NCBI GenBank assembly: GCA_963799485.1
Contig: CAWCXJ010000010.1
Location: 9,357-73,356 of the forward strand
Source: an uncultured Trueperaceae bacterium
GTDB lineage: Bacteria; Deinococcota; Deinococci; Deinococcales; Trueperaceae
Length of the DNA: 64,000 nt
Direction: 5' to 3'
Below, piece by piece: positions 51,081 through 62,340 of this stretch. Position numbers and translations under genes: made by a program. Numbering within the stretch: the stretch's first letter is position 1; every line of letters starts with the position of its first letter. The notes below the pieces were generated by a model. It was not told where the DNA came from. It did not search any database and saw only the letters and a program-made list of their open reading frames with translations.

Positions 51081-52313
51081 GTGAAATCGCCCCCAAAACC
51101 GCGTCAAGCCGGCATCGTTTTTATCTTAATTACCCTGTTTCTGGACATTTTGGGCCTCGGCATTGTTATTCCTATCCTGCCCGAACTGATTAAAACGTTT
51201 GTCGGCGGCAGCAGCGTTTTGGCGGCCCGCTACTTCGGGCTGATCGCTGCGGTGTACGCGCTCATGCAGTTTTTCTTCGCGCCGCTGTTGGGCGCGCTGT
51301 CCGACCGTTTCGGTCGCCGCCCGGTCCTGCTCGTCTCGCTTTTCGGTCTGGGCGTGGACTATCTCATCTTGAGCGTCGCACCAAACCTCGGCTGGCTCGT
51401 CGTAGGGCGCATCGTCGCCGGGATTGCCGGGGCGAGTATCACGACCGCGAACGCCTATATCGCCGACATCTCGACGCCGGAAACGCGCGCGCAAAACTTC
51501 GGGCTCGTCGGGGTCGCTTTCGGGCTCGGCTTTATCTTCGGCCCGGCGCTTGGCGGCATTCTGGGGGGGATCAATATCCGCTTGCCTTTTATTGCCTCGG
51601 CGGTACTCGTGCTGCTCAACTGGCTTTACGGCTATTTCGTGCTGCCCGAATCGCTCCCCAAAGAACATCGGAGCGGCTTTAGCTGGCGTAAAGCGAACCC
51701 TATCGGCAGCTTCGGGCAGCTCGGCGCGTATCCGCTGGTGGCAGGTTTGGCGGCCACTTTCGTGCTGGTTTCACTCGCGCAGCGCGGTCTGGAAACGGTG
51801 TGGGTGCTCTACACGGGCTACCGCTTCGGTTGGGGCGAACAAGCCAACGGTCTGACGCTGGGGCTCGTCGGAGTGATGGCGGTGCTCGTGCAGGGCGTGT
51901 TGATTCGCCCGACGATCGCAAGGCTCGGTGAACGCCGCACAATCGTTGTCGGGTTGACGTTTTCGGCGCTGACCTTTCTCTTTTACGGGCTCGCTTCACA
52001 GGGCTGGATGATGGTCGCGGTTATCGTCGCCGGGTCGCTCGGCGGGGTGGCGGGCCCGGCAGTGCAGGGGCTCGTCGCGGGGTCTGTCTCGCCCGACGAG
52101 CAGGGGAAGGTACAAGGAGCCCTGACCTCGCTGATTTCTCTTAGCAGCATCTTCGCGCCGATTATTTTTACGACCGGACTGTTTGGTTATTTTACCTCGA
52201 GCGCGGCTCCCTTCAAACTGCCGGGCGCACCCTTTTTCCTCGGCTCACTGTTGCTACTAGCGGGGCTCGTCGTAACCGCGCGGCTGTTCAAGCGTATCCC
52301 GGCAGCTCGGTAA
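51081..52313 (+). CDS. TCR/Tet family MFS efflux transporter
   Basis: FLDILGLGIVIP, GALSDRFGRRPVL, GRIVAG, AYIADIS, GFIFGPALGG. Confidence 0.93.
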   Translation: MKSPPKPRQAGIVFILITLFLDILGLGIVIPILPELIKTFVGGSSVLAARYFGLIAAVYALMQFFFAPLLGALSDRFGRRPVLLVSLFGLGVDYLILSVAPNLGWLVVGRIVAGIAGASITTANAYIADISTPETRAQNFGLVGVAFGLGFIFGPALGGILGGINIRLPFIASAVLVLLNWLYGYFVLPESLPKEHRSGFSWRKANPIGSFGQLGAYPLVAGLAATFVLVSLAQRGLETVWVLYTGYRFGWGEQANGLTLGLVGVMAVLVQGVLIRPTIARLGERRTIVVGLTFSALTFLFYGLASQGWMMVAVIVAGSLGGVAGPAVQGLVAGSVSPDEQGKVQGALTSLISLSSIFAPIIFTTGLFGYFTSSAAPFKLPGAPFFLGSLLLLAGLVVTARLFKRIPAAR

Positions 52314-52364
52314 ACTCATCACCTGCAGCTAGACTGGACGGACGCGAGTAAAAAGGAGGAAACT

Positions 52365-53213
52365 GTGTCCAACCTTATCTCAGCCACCGAACTTTGCAAC
52401 CGTCTGGGGTCGCCCGAACTCCGCATCGTCGATGTGCGGGCGTCTCTGACCGACCCCGCAGCCGGACGAAATCTTTACTTGGAAAACCATCTACCCGGCG
52501 CGATTTTTTTAAGCTTGGAGGGCGACCTTTCCGGCGAACCCGAAACGCACGGCGGGCGGCATCCGCTGCCCGATATGTTCGCCTTTGCCAACACCCTGCA
52601 AACACACGGCGTCGGTGACGGTGCCGAGGTTGTCGTGTACGACGATTCCAGCGGGATGTTTGCCGCAAGGCTGTGGTGGCTCTTGCGCTACGCCGGGTTC
52701 GACGGGGCGCAGGTCTTGGACGGCGGTTACGCGGCGTGGACGGCGGCAGGTTTACCACTCACCCAAGAGGTTCCGAGCCCGGTGCCGCAGCCGCTGACGC
52801 TGCACCTGCGCCCGTACCTGACCGCCACGATGACGGAAGTCCTAGCCAAACTCGGTGACCACCGGGTAAAACTTTTCGACGCCCGCGCGCCCGAACGTTA
52901 CCGGGGCGAAACGGAGCCGCTCGACAAAAAGGCGGGGCACATCCCCGGCGCGCTCAACAAACCGTTTTTGGAAAACCTCGAGGACGGACACTTCAAATCG
53001 CCCGAAGCCTTACGAAGCCGCTTCGCCGAGGCCGAAGACGCCGATGAGGTCATCTTGTACTGCGGTTCGGGGGTGTCGGCGGCGCACAACGCGCTGGCTT
53101 TGGAGGAAGCCGATATCAAGGGGGCGAAACTTTACGTCGGCTCGTGGAGCGACTGGAGCAGCCATGACGGAAACCCTATTGCTACTGGAGATGAAGCTAA
53201 CGAGAACGGTTGA
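52365..53213 (+). CDS. Tandem-rhodanese sulfurtransferase (SseA-like)
   Basis: HLPGA, GGRHPLP, GHIPGA, YCGSGVSA, LYVGSWSDW. Confidence 0.94.
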   Translation: MSNLISATELCNRLGSPELRIVDVRASLTDPAAGRNLYLENHLPGAIFLSLEGDLSGEPETHGGRHPLPDMFAFANTLQTHGVGDGAEVVVYDDSSGMFAARLWWLLRYAGFDGAQVLDGGYAAWTAAGLPLTQEVPSPVPQPLTLHLRPYLTATMTEVLAKLGDHRVKLFDARAPERYRGETEPLDKKAGHIPGALNKPFLENLEDGHFKSPEALRSRFAEAEDADEVILYCGSGVSAAHNALALEEADIKGAKLYVGSWSDWSSHDGNPIATGDEANENG

Positions 53214-53647
53214 TGATACCGTTACGCCGCCGCGCCTACCTTTATCTCACCCGTAAAGTTGAGGGAAGGTTGCAGGTTGCCGTTTTCCGTCACCCCGACT
53301 TTGAGACCATGACGCTGGGTGTTCAGGTTCCGGGCGGGACGATAGAAACTTCTGAAACACCCGAAGCCGGAGCGTTACGTGAGGCGTTTGAAGAATCGGG
53401 TTTTACCACCTTTTCGGAGGTGCGCTTTTTAGCTCGAGATGTTTGGTACGGCTACCACGATAAGGCTAATCGTGAGCGTTACTTTTACCAACTCTGCGTA
53501 AAAGGCGTGGTTCCAGATACCTGGAACCACACTGTCACCGACGGCGAACTTGATAAAGGCGTGGTGTTCGCCTACCGCTGGTTGAGCGTTGCCAAAGCGA
53601 AGCGCGTTATCGGGCCGATGGGCGACTATTTGCACCTGCTCAGCTAG
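53213..53647 (+). CDS. NUDIX hydrolase
   Basis: VPGGTIETSETPEAGALREAFEESG Nudix box; TGATG coupling. Confidence 0.9.
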   Translation: MIPLRRRAYLYLTRKVEGRLQVAVFRHPDFETMTLGVQVPGGTIETSETPEAGALREAFEESGFTTFSEVRFLARDVWYGYHDKANRERYFYQLCVKGVVPDTWNHTVTDGELDKGVVFAYRWLSVAKAKRVIGPMGDYLHLLS

Positions 53648-53648
53648 C

Positions 53649-55226
53649 CTACTCGCCGCAAAGCGTTGCCGCGCCGAGCGCCCGGTCTGCACAGACGACA
53701 CCCGCGCCGTATTCGGCGGGGTTCATAGCGGCGGTGTATTTGGTTGAACTTAAAAGTTGCGCCTCGACTTCATCGTCGGTCAAGCTGGGGTTTTGGCTCC
53801 AGATGAGCGCCGCGACGCCTGCGACAAAAGGCGACGCCATCGAGGTGCCGCGTTCGCACCCGTAAGCGCTTTCGGTTGCGCCCTCAAACGCGGGTGAAAG
53901 TGTGCTCAAGATGCCGCCGCAACTGTTTTGACCCGCCCCACCCGGAGCCATCAGGTCGACCGAGCGGCCCGAAGTACTGTAATTGGAAAACTCCGAACGG
54001 CGGTAGTCTTCATCGACCGAGCCGACGGCAAGTGCCCCCGGCGCATTGGCGGGGGCGAGGATTTCTGCTGTGCTGTAGTCGTTACCTGACGCTGCAATGA
54101 CCAGCGAACCTGCGTTTCTGGCGTCCTGAACCGCTTCACTCAGGCTCTCGATGGTTCCCCCCGGACCGTTACCCCGACCGCCGAGGCTCAAGTTGATGAT
54201 GTTCGCCGGGTGGGGGTTGCGGTTCATCCCCGCGACGCTCAATCCCGCAGACCAGCGGATGGCCTTGACAACTACGCTGACCGAAGTACTTTTCGGGTCG
54301 CCACCGTTATCATCGAGGACCTTGACCGGGAGCAGTTTGACTCCGGTGTAGGCGACCCCGGCGACCCCTTTGCCGTTGTCGCCGCTGGCAAGAGCGATGC
54401 CTGCAACGTGGGTGCCGTGCCGCTGATTTGCGCCGAGCTGTGAGGGCGAGCCGGGGCTCGGGTCGTTGTCCTGGTTGTAAACGTCACAACCGGGCAGCGC
54501 CCTACCTGCCAAATCTTCGTGGGTGAGATCGACACCGCTGTCGAGGACGGCTAGAACAACGTCTGCCTTGCCGGTCTCGAGCCGCCACGCTGCAGGCAGA
54601 CCGAACCCCAGCAGATGCCACTGCTCGCCGATGAGCGGGTCGTTGGGCAATGCCAAAGCCGCTTGAGCCGGTGTTACTCGAGCCGCTACCGCTCGCGCCG
54701 GTATTGCTCGAGACGGTACTGCGTGCGACAATGCCATCTGAGACGCGTTTGCAGAAGGTAGGCCGAGCGGATAGAGGTAGTAGTCCGGTTCGGCGTAGCG
54801 GACGCGCGGATCGCGGCGGAGTTCCCCGGCAAGCTGCTCGAGGTCTGCGCCTGGGGGGGTGCGGACGAGTTCGGTGCCTTCGGTTCCTAACACACCCAAA
54901 GAACGCAGGTCGTAGCGTTTGCGAACGGTGCGAGCAGCTGCGGTAAGTTCCTTTTGAAGCAACCTCTCAGCAGAAGCGGCTCCGGTCACGGCACTCTGTA
55001 ACTCAGCACTCTGTAACTCGGTTGCAGCTCGGTATGAGACCAAGAGCCGACCGGGGACATAAGCTGCGCCCGCATTCGCGGCTGCGCTGCCCAACTCGAG
55101 CTGCGCCGAGGGTGTAGTTTGTGGATTGGTGTAGCAAGTTGCGGAAAGCGGACTGGTCGTGCCGCCGAATACGTTGCAAGCACCGAGGACGGGTAGCAAA
55201 ATCAAAAGATAGGCGTAACGCTTCAT
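53649..55226 (-). CDS. S8 family serine peptidase, lipoprotein
   Basis: Lipobox LGAC; AVLDSG, HGTHVAG, ASGN, GTSMASP. Confidence 0.93.
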   Translation of the reverse strand: MKRYAYLLILLPVLGACNVFGGTTSPLSATCYTNPQTTPSAQLELGSAAANAGAAYVPGRLLVSYRAATELQSAELQSAVTGAASAERLLQKELTAAARTVRKRYDLRSLGVLGTEGTELVRTPPGADLEQLAGELRRDPRVRYAEPDYYLYPLGLPSANASQMALSHAVPSRAIPARAVAARVTPAQAALALPNDPLIGEQWHLLGFGLPAAWRLETGKADVVLAVLDSGVDLTHEDLAGRALPGCDVYNQDNDPSPGSPSQLGANQRHGTHVAGIALASGDNGKGVAGVAYTGVKLLPVKVLDDNGGDPKSTSVSVVVKAIRWSAGLSVAGMNRNPHPANIINLSLGGRGNGPGGTIESLSEAVQDARNAGSLVIAASGNDYSTAEILAPANAPGALAVGSVDEDYRRSEFSNYSTSGRSVDLMAPGGAGQNSCGGILSTLSPAFEGATESAYGCERGTSMASPFVAGVAALIWSQNPSLTDDEVEAQLLSSTKYTAAMNPAEYGAGVVCADRALGAATLCGE

Positions 55227-55267
55227 TGCTTCTAGTCTAGCGTCGGCCCGTGAAGATGGTGTGATGA

Positions 55268-56386
<1,119 letters not shown>

Positions 56387-56603
56387 AACAGAGTGACCTC
56401 GCGCCCCAGGGTTTGCTCGCGGTGCGCGGCGATACCTGCAAATAAAGTTGCGGGTAGTCCGGGTGAGAGGCAGTTGAGCAGGCGGAGGTTGGCGGCCACT
56501 TAGCCGGTTTACGGGGTTGGGCTCGAGGGGTTTATGCTTTTGGGCGTCTATCTGACTTTGGGGATTGGTTTTTTGCCGAGTGCGTAGGTGTGACAAAAAC
56601 AGC

Positions 56604-56855
56604 TCAGCGGGTAAGGTTATCGTAATCGGCATGGCTACCGATCCACACCCAAACAAAATCGTCACCATCTGCAACAGCGAGGGCTCTAGTGTGAATCCCA
56701 ACTCGGACAGACCAGAAACTACCGACTTTTTTGAAATGCAGCGAGGGATGTCTGGGATTTTCTTTAAGCAGCTCGAAGTTCTTACGGGCAAGTTTCTGGG
56801 TGTCTTCGCCTAAAGCGTCAAAACGTTCCCAAAACTGCGGCGTCGTGCGGTGCAT
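56604..56855 (-). CDS. ParE/RelE-like toxin
   Basis: HRTTPQFW...K.F.LLKENPRHPSLHFKK...WSVRVG...WIGSHADYD. Confidence 0.88.
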   Translation of the reverse strand: MHRTTPQFWERFDALGEDTQKLARKNFELLKENPRHPSLHFKKVGSFWSVRVGIHTRALAVADGDDFVWVWIGSHADYDNLTR

Positions 56856-57056
56856 CTACAAATCTTTTAACTGACCTCGCGCTTTGGCAGCTTCGGCCTC
56901 TCCACGCAAAAAGTCAAGCTTTCCGTCTGCTGCATCTTTGTCTAGCTGAGCGTCCCAACGTTTCCAGTCTTTTTCGGCTAGCCACTCACGAAGACTAGCA
57001 AAGTCTTCAGGTGACAGGGTTTCAATTTCGGATTTTATGTGGTCGATTTGGGCCAT
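56856..57056 (-). CDS. Putative antitoxin
   Basis: Small acidic helical protein (IETLSPEDFASLREW...WD.Q...D...GKLD.L) directly upstream of the toxin; TACAAT 6 nt before ATG. Confidence 0.82.
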   Translation of the reverse strand: MAQIDHIKSEIETLSPEDFASLREWLAEKDWKRWDAQLDKDAADGKLDFLRGEAEAAKARGQLKDL

Positions 57057-57181
57057 ATATGAATTGTACGCTGAGCCATAAAAAATTAGGGTTGAATTGC
57101 CTGACGTTTTCTCGAGCAATGGCGAAGGTTAAGAGCTTGAAAGGTTTATACTGTTGAGTGTCCGTATAATCTGGGAGAGAA

Positions 57182-58150
57182 ATGAGTGAGGAAAAGGAAA
57201 TAAGGAATCAACACTGGCTTCCCACCGCATACTTACAGTTCTTTACTGCGGAGCAGAAGCGAGAAGGTTATCTGTATAGAGTTCATAAAACAGGCCACGT
57301 ATGGGTCAAAGCGGAAACTCAGGGGTTCAGTCCTTATCACTATCGCAGAGAACGAACTCAGCAATCCGAGACTCTTTTCCGGGTGTCTGAAACAAATTAT
57401 CCGCAGCTGATACGCAAAGCGATCGTTGGGCAGATATTATCAGTAAGAGAAAAATGCAGCCTTATTTTAGACATCATAATGTTGAGTTGTAGAAATCCTT
57501 TTCTCGACAATCAAACTAACCAAGACAATTGGAGTACTTTCGTCAGCACTAGTAATAGCTTCTTCGAGAATCATCTTGGAGCGCCTTCTTATGATGAAGC
57601 GAAGCATTTAACAGCGGAGTTGGAGTTGACTGCCAAACAAATAGTTGAAGCTCAAGATACGAGGCCGTTACCGTTAGACAAAATGCCTTCGGTCGAAGAG
57701 ATCATGCCTCAAGCACATGCTCTGCGCTTTGTGGCGTCCGTTTTTCGAGTTGCATTTGTAAAAGAGTTAAATGGCTCTTTGTATTCATGTGACTACCCAA
57801 CTGTCCTTTTCACTCTTGATCACAAAACTACGCCTTTAATGCTTCTGCCAGTTACACCTTCACTCCTTGCGGTTGCTTACGATACGCGCTTTTTTGAAGT
57901 AAAGCATTATTGGCTTACAGACAAAGACCTAAAACTTATCCAAGAATTTTTGCTGGCTCAAACCGACAAAGCATTGTTTGCTAGTGCAATGCACGAAGAT
58001 GACTTGAACACCCTGAGCGAAGCTTTAAGAAACAGGAAAATACGTTCAGAGGGATGGGTTAAACCAGACGCCTGGCAACCCATCATGTACTCGTATAACC
58101 GATTGCTCAAACAGAAAGGTGGCTTTGACTTCTTAACTTTGAGGAAATGA
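57182..58150 (+). CDS. DUF4238 domain-containing protein (AT-rich gene)
   Basis: N-terminal NQHWLPTAYLQFF, SCDYP, LLPVTPSL motifs; GGGAG RBS. Confidence 0.75.
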   Translation: MSEEKEIRNQHWLPTAYLQFFTAEQKREGYLYRVHKTGHVWVKAETQGFSPYHYRRERTQQSETLFRVSETNYPQLIRKAIVGQILSVREKCSLILDIIMLSCRNPFLDNQTNQDNWSTFVSTSNSFFENHLGAPSYDEAKHLTAELELTAKQIVEAQDTRPLPLDKMPSVEEIMPQAHALRFVASVFRVAFVKELNGSLYSCDYPTVLFTLDHKTTPLMLLPVTPSLLAVAYDTRFFEVKHYWLTDKDLKLIQEFLLAQTDKALFASAMHEDDLNTLSEALRNRKIRSEGWVKPDAWQPIMYSYNRLLKQKGGFDFLTLRK

Positions 58151-58180
58151 TTTGAGGGCAATTGAGCTTGCTGTCTAAAT

Positions 58181-60583
58181 CTACTCTCCATACGGTACCC
58201 AAATATTCTTCACCTGCACCGCCCGCCGCAAATACTCCCGCCCCTGCCCCTGCTCGCCGTCGAACCAGTCACGGCGTTTGCCGTAATTGACCCACGTCCG
58301 CTTGAGGTTGCCGACGCTTTCACGCTCGACTACCTTGCTCCCCGCTTCGCTTCCGACGTACCACAGCCCGTCTACGTCGTCGTGCTGCGCCAGCGTTTTG
58401 GTGAGGCTTTCACGCGGCCCGGTCACGATATTGATGACGCCACCCGGCACATCCGAGGTATCTAAAACTTGATACAAATCGGTAGAGACCAGCGGATAGC
58501 GTTCACTCGGCAGAACAATCACGCGGTTGCCCAGCGCCACGCACGGCGCAACCAGTGACACCAGGCTCAGCAGCGGCGCGTCATCCGGACAGACGACCCC
58601 CATCACGCCTAAAGGTTCGTTCATGGCAAGCGTGACGTTACGGGCCGGAACACCGTGAACCTGACCGTCGTACTTGTCGGCGTAGGCAGCGTAGTAAAAC
58701 AAACGCTCGACGGCTGCCAATACTTCGGCTTCGGCTTTACGGCGGCTGACGCCTGTAAGTTGCGCGAGCCGAGCTTCAAACTCGGGAGCCCTTGCCGAAA
58801 GGTTTTCCGCCAGATAGTACAAGACTTGAGCGCGTGCGTGCGCCGTCAGTTTTGTCCAGCCCGCCGCCTTACGCGCCGCTTGGACGGCGTTACGAACATC
58901 TTTACGGTTGCCTTCACCCACTTCACCCGCGAGTTTGCCTTTGGCGTCGGCGACCCGGACGCTGTAGCCCGAATCGGGGCGGGTTTGTTTGCCGCCGATG
59001 TAGAGCTTGGGGGTGCGGTCGATAGCGGGCAGAGCAGCGGTTTCAACTGAGGGCTCGAGCCCCTCCCCTATCACAGGCGCACCTAAATCGTCTTCACCAT
59101 AGAGCGGCAAACTTTTCTCCCAAATCGGTTTCACGTACTCAAAAAGCCCTTCGCGTCCCCCTTCACGTCCGAAACCCGATTCGCGGTAGCCGCCGAAGCC
59201 CGCCGCCGCGTCGAACTGATTCGTGCAGTTGACCCACACCACACCCGCTTTGATTTTGGGTGCAATGTCGAGCGCCAGGTTGACGTTTTCCGTCCAGACC
59301 GACGCTGCGAGACCGTAACGGGTATTGTTGGCCAACTCTACGGCTTCGGCGGGAGTGCGAAAGGTCGAGCCGACCAGCACCGGGCCGAAGATTTCAACTT
59401 GTGCGATGCTCGAGGCGGGTTCCGCGTCCATAAAGAGCGTCGGCGGAAAGAAAAACCCGGTTTGCGGGACGCTCCACGAGGGTTGGTAGCACGTTGCGCC
59501 CTCAGCTCTCCCCTGTTCGACTAAGCGGGCGATTTTCTCGAGCTGCACTTCAGCAACCACCGCGCCCATGTCTACAGACTTGTCGAGCGGGTCGCCGACG
59601 CGCAGGGTTTCCATCCGGGCGCGCAGCTTAGCCGTAAGCTTCCCTGCAATCCCTTCTTGCACCAGCAACCGTGAGCCCGCGCAGCAGACCTGTCCCTGAT
59701 TAAACCAAATCGCGTCCACGACGCCCTCGACTACACTGTCTAGGTCGGCGTCTTCAAAAACGACGAAGGGAGATTTGCCGCCGAGCTCGAGCGACAGCTT
59801 TTTCCCGCTCCCCGCACTCTGCTCCCGGATGAGCTTGCCGACTTCGGTTGAGCCGGTAAACGCGATTTTGTCTACGCCGCCGTGTGCTACGAGCAGTTCA
59901 CCGGTGCGTCCGTCGCCCGTGACGATGTTCACCACACCCGGCGGCAGACCGACTTCTTGCGTGATTTCAGCAAATAAAAGGGCCGTCAGCGGGGTAAACT
60001 CGGCGGGTTTCAAAACGACGGTGTTGCCCACCGCCAAGGCCGGGGCGAGTTTCCACGAAAGCATCAACACCGGAAAGTTCCAGGGGATGATTTGACCGCA
60101 GACGCCGATACTTTCAAAACCGGGCAGCTCAGTGCTCATGAGCTGCGCCCAACCCGCGTGGTGGTAGAAGTGCCGGACGGCGAGCGGAATGTCCAAGTCC
60201 CTGGTCTCACGAATCGGTTTGCCGTTGTCCAGGGTCTCGAGGACGGCAAAAAGTCTCGAGTGTTTTTGCAACTGCCGCGCCAGCGCGTAAAGGTAACGCG
60301 CCCGTGCATGACCGGAAAGCCCCGACCACGCCGGAAACGCTTTTCGTGCAGCAGCGACAGCAGCATCTATATCTTTTTCACCCGCTTGCGCCACACTCGC
60401 CAGAACCTCTTTATTTGCCGGATTGAGCGTGTCGAAACGTTCGCCGGATTTGGCCTTGACGAACTTGCCGCCGACGAACAGGTCAAAGCGTTTGTTGTGG
60501 CGTGCCAGCCAGTCGTAAGCGGCGTCGGCACTTTCGGGGGCGGGGCCATAATCCATCGTTTCAAAAATCTCTTTGACCGTCAT
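58181..60583 (-). CDS. Aldehyde dehydrogenase with extra C-terminal ALDH-like domain (ALDH16-like)
   Basis: IIPWNFP, FTGST, ELGGKSP, GQVCCAG, EIFGPV; second partial NAD-binding repeat. Confidence 0.93.
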   Translation of the reverse strand: MTVKEIFETMDYGPAPESADAAYDWLARHNKRFDLFVGGKFVKAKSGERFDTLNPANKEVLASVAQAGEKDIDAAVAAARKAFPAWSGLSGHARARYLYALARQLQKHSRLFAVLETLDNGKPIRETRDLDIPLAVRHFYHHAGWAQLMSTELPGFESIGVCGQIIPWNFPVLMLSWKLAPALAVGNTVVLKPAEFTPLTALLFAEITQEVGLPPGVVNIVTGDGRTGELLVAHGGVDKIAFTGSTEVGKLIREQSAGSGKKLSLELGGKSPFVVFEDADLDSVVEGVVDAIWFNQGQVCCAGSRLLVQEGIAGKLTAKLRARMETLRVGDPLDKSVDMGAVVAEVQLEKIARLVEQGRAEGATCYQPSWSVPQTGFFFPPTLFMDAEPASSIAQVEIFGPVLVGSTFRTPAEAVELANNTRYGLAASVWTENVNLALDIAPKIKAGVVWVNCTNQFDAAAGFGGYRESGFGREGGREGLFEYVKPIWEKSLPLYGEDDLGAPVIGEGLEPSVETAALPAIDRTPKLYIGGKQTRPDSGYSVRVADAKGKLAGEVGEGNRKDVRNAVQAARKAAGWTKLTAHARAQVLYYLAENLSARAPEFEARLAQLTGVSRRKAEAEVLAAVERLFYYAAYADKYDGQVHGVPARNVTLAMNEPLGVMGVVCPDDAPLLSLVSLVAPCVALGNRVIVLPSERYPLVSTDLYQVLDTSDVPGGVINIVTGPRESLTKTLAQHDDVDGLWYVGSEAGSKVVERESVGNLKRTWVNYGKRRDWFDGEQGQGREYLRRAVQVKNIWVPYGE

Positions 60584-61133
60584 CTGCGCTCTCCTTTTGC
60601 CATTCGTCAGCGAGCAGGCCGTAAACCAGATAGTCCACCAGACCTTCTCGAGTGTAGCCCATCTGCCGCAACTTGCCCTCCTGCGTAAACCCCAACCGCT
60701 CAGGAATAGCCCGACTTTTCACGTTCGTTTCAGCGCAGCGTATTTCAACGCGGTTGAGGTTCAGTTCTTCAAAAAGATAACCGCACAGATAACGACAAGC
60801 TTTTGTCATCACGCCGCGCCCCTCAAACTCGGCCCCGAGCCAGTAACCGATTTCGGTACAGCGAAACTCTTGCAAGATGTAGTTGAGTCCAGTAACGCCT
60901 GCAAGCTCACCGTCCAGCCAAATCCCGAGCTGAAAGCCGTTATCTTTAATGAATTTTTCCAGTTGCAACCGTATAAACGCTTCCGAATCAGCAACCGTTT
61001 TCGTCTCCTCTACCCACGGAAACCAGTAGCCGAGGTGTTTACGGTTTTGGCCTACAAGCTCAAACAAGGTCTGTGCGTGACGGGGCTCGAGCAGCCGTAA
61101 AACCAGCCCTTTATCTATTTCTGCTGCAAACAT
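60561..61133 (-). CDS. RimJ/RimL family GNAT acetyltransferase
   Basis: EIGYWLGAEFEGRG, LNRVEIRC...N.KSRAIPERLGF.QEG. Confidence 0.93.
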   Translation of the reverse strand: MFAAEIDKGLVLRLLEPRHAQTLFELVGQNRKHLGYWFPWVEETKTVADSEAFIRLQLEKFIKDNGFQLGIWLDGELAGVTGLNYILQEFRCTEIGYWLGAEFEGRGVMTKACRYLCGYLFEELNLNRVEIRCAETNVKSRAIPERLGFTQEGKLRQMGYTREGLVDYLVYGLLADEWQKESADDGQRDF

Positions 61134-61679
61134 CTAACGCCCTCTCCATTCGCTTTTGAGCAGCCCGTACACAACCCAGTCGCTCCAGCCGGACTCGAGC
61201 CTGTCCATCCGCCGTAAAACACCTTCTTGGGTAAACCCCAACCGCTCCGGCACTCGTCTACTACGGGTATTTTCTAAAGCGCAGCGGATTTCAGCGCGGC
61301 CCAGCTTCAGCTCGTCAAAACAGTAATCACACAACCCTTTTACGGTGCGGGTCGCCAGCCCCTGCCCCTGCGCGTCTTCAGCGAGCCAGTAACCCACTTC
61401 GGTGCGCTCGGTGGCCCAGCGGATGTAGTGCAGTCCGGTCATCCCGACCAGCTCACCGTGCAGGAATATGCCAGCCTGAAACCCGTCGTGACGGGCGAAC
61501 TGCTCGAGTCCCATTTTGATAAAGCTTTCGGTTTGTGAAACCGTATGGATTTTAGATACCCACGGCAAATACGTTTTGAGATGTTCGCGGTTTTTTACGG
61601 TCAGGTCGAAGAGCAGCCTCGCGTGGCGGTGTTCTAAGAGGCGCAGCTCGAGGCCGTCGTCAACGTGCAAAGAGAACAT
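61134..61679 (-). CDS. RimJ/RimL family GNAT acetyltransferase
   Basis: EVGYWLAEDAQGQG, EIRC...N.RSRRVPERLGF.QEG. Confidence 0.93.
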   Translation of the reverse strand: MFSLHVDDGLELRLLEHRHARLLFDLTVKNREHLKTYLPWVSKIHTVSQTESFIKMGLEQFARHDGFQAGIFLHGELVGMTGLHYIRWATERTEVGYWLAEDAQGQGLATRTVKGLCDYCFDELKLGRAEIRCALENTRSRRVPERLGFTQEGVLRRMDRLESGWSDWVVYGLLKSEWRGR

Positions 61680-61680
61680 T

Positions 61681-62091
61681 TTAGGCTTCCGGAGTTTCCC
61701 AGGTCTCGAGGCGCAAACCGTCGATACGTTCAAAATGTTTGAGGTTGTGGGTTACTAAAACTGCGTCGTTGGCGATAGCGATACCGGCGATGAGGATGTC
61801 AGCGTCTTCTAACAGGGTTCCCTGGCGGCGGAGGTTTTGGTAGATGTCGGCTGAGACGTCGAGCGCTCTTGTGTTTAAGGCAAGTAAACCGTGTATCTGG
61901 TTGAGCTTTTGAAAAGCCGCAAATTTTCGGGCAAACTGAGGTAACACCAAACCTCGGCGTACCTCAAAGTAGCTAAGCGCATTAAACTTAACTGTGCGCC
62001 CTTTCAAACGCACCTCTTTCCAGCGTTCCAAGACCCTAGTATTGTTGTTAATCAGTGGAGAAGTAGCGTTTGTATCGAGCGTATAAAGCAC
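61681..62091 (-). CDS. PIN-domain (VapC-like) toxin
   Basis: YTLDTN, FEV, DILIAGIA, LVTHN.KHF. Confidence 0.92.
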   Translation of the reverse strand: MLYTLDTNATSPLINNNTRVLERWKEVRLKGRTVKFNALSYFEVRRGLVLPQFARKFAAFQKLNQIHGLLALNTRALDVSADIYQNLRRQGTLLEDADILIAGIAIANDAVLVTHNLKHFERIDGLRLETWETPEA

Positions 62092-62330
62092 TACTTGGCG
62101 TCCGGCTCTAGCTCGAGTTGTCTGTCCCCGAACAGCGGTCGTCTTTTTACAGCTTCTCCGAAAGCAATTTGACCTTCTTGGCTCATAGGGGCTGCAAGCT
62201 CATCCAAAAGGCGGAATTCTTCCTCGAGCTGCCGTTTGATCCTCCGGCTCTGAAGGTCTTTCTCTATTTCCGAAAGCTCGGTTTCGTCAAACGCTTCCAA
62301 CTGTTCGGTGACACGTTCTTTAGCAGTCAT
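62091..62330 (-). CDS. Putative antitoxin
   Basis: 79-aa acidic ORF overlapping the PIN gene start by 1 nt; GGAGG RBS. Confidence 0.75.
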   Translation of the reverse strand: MTAKERVTEQLEAFDETELSEIEKDLQSRRIKRQLEEEFRLLDELAAPMSQEGQIAFGEAVKRRPLFGDRQLELEPDAK

Positions 62331-62340
62331 ATTTGACCTC

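Noticed and set aside
51081..52313. Acquired tetracycline resistance gene
   Set aside because: Host-like composition with no adjacent tetR or mobile element; substrate cannot be inferred.
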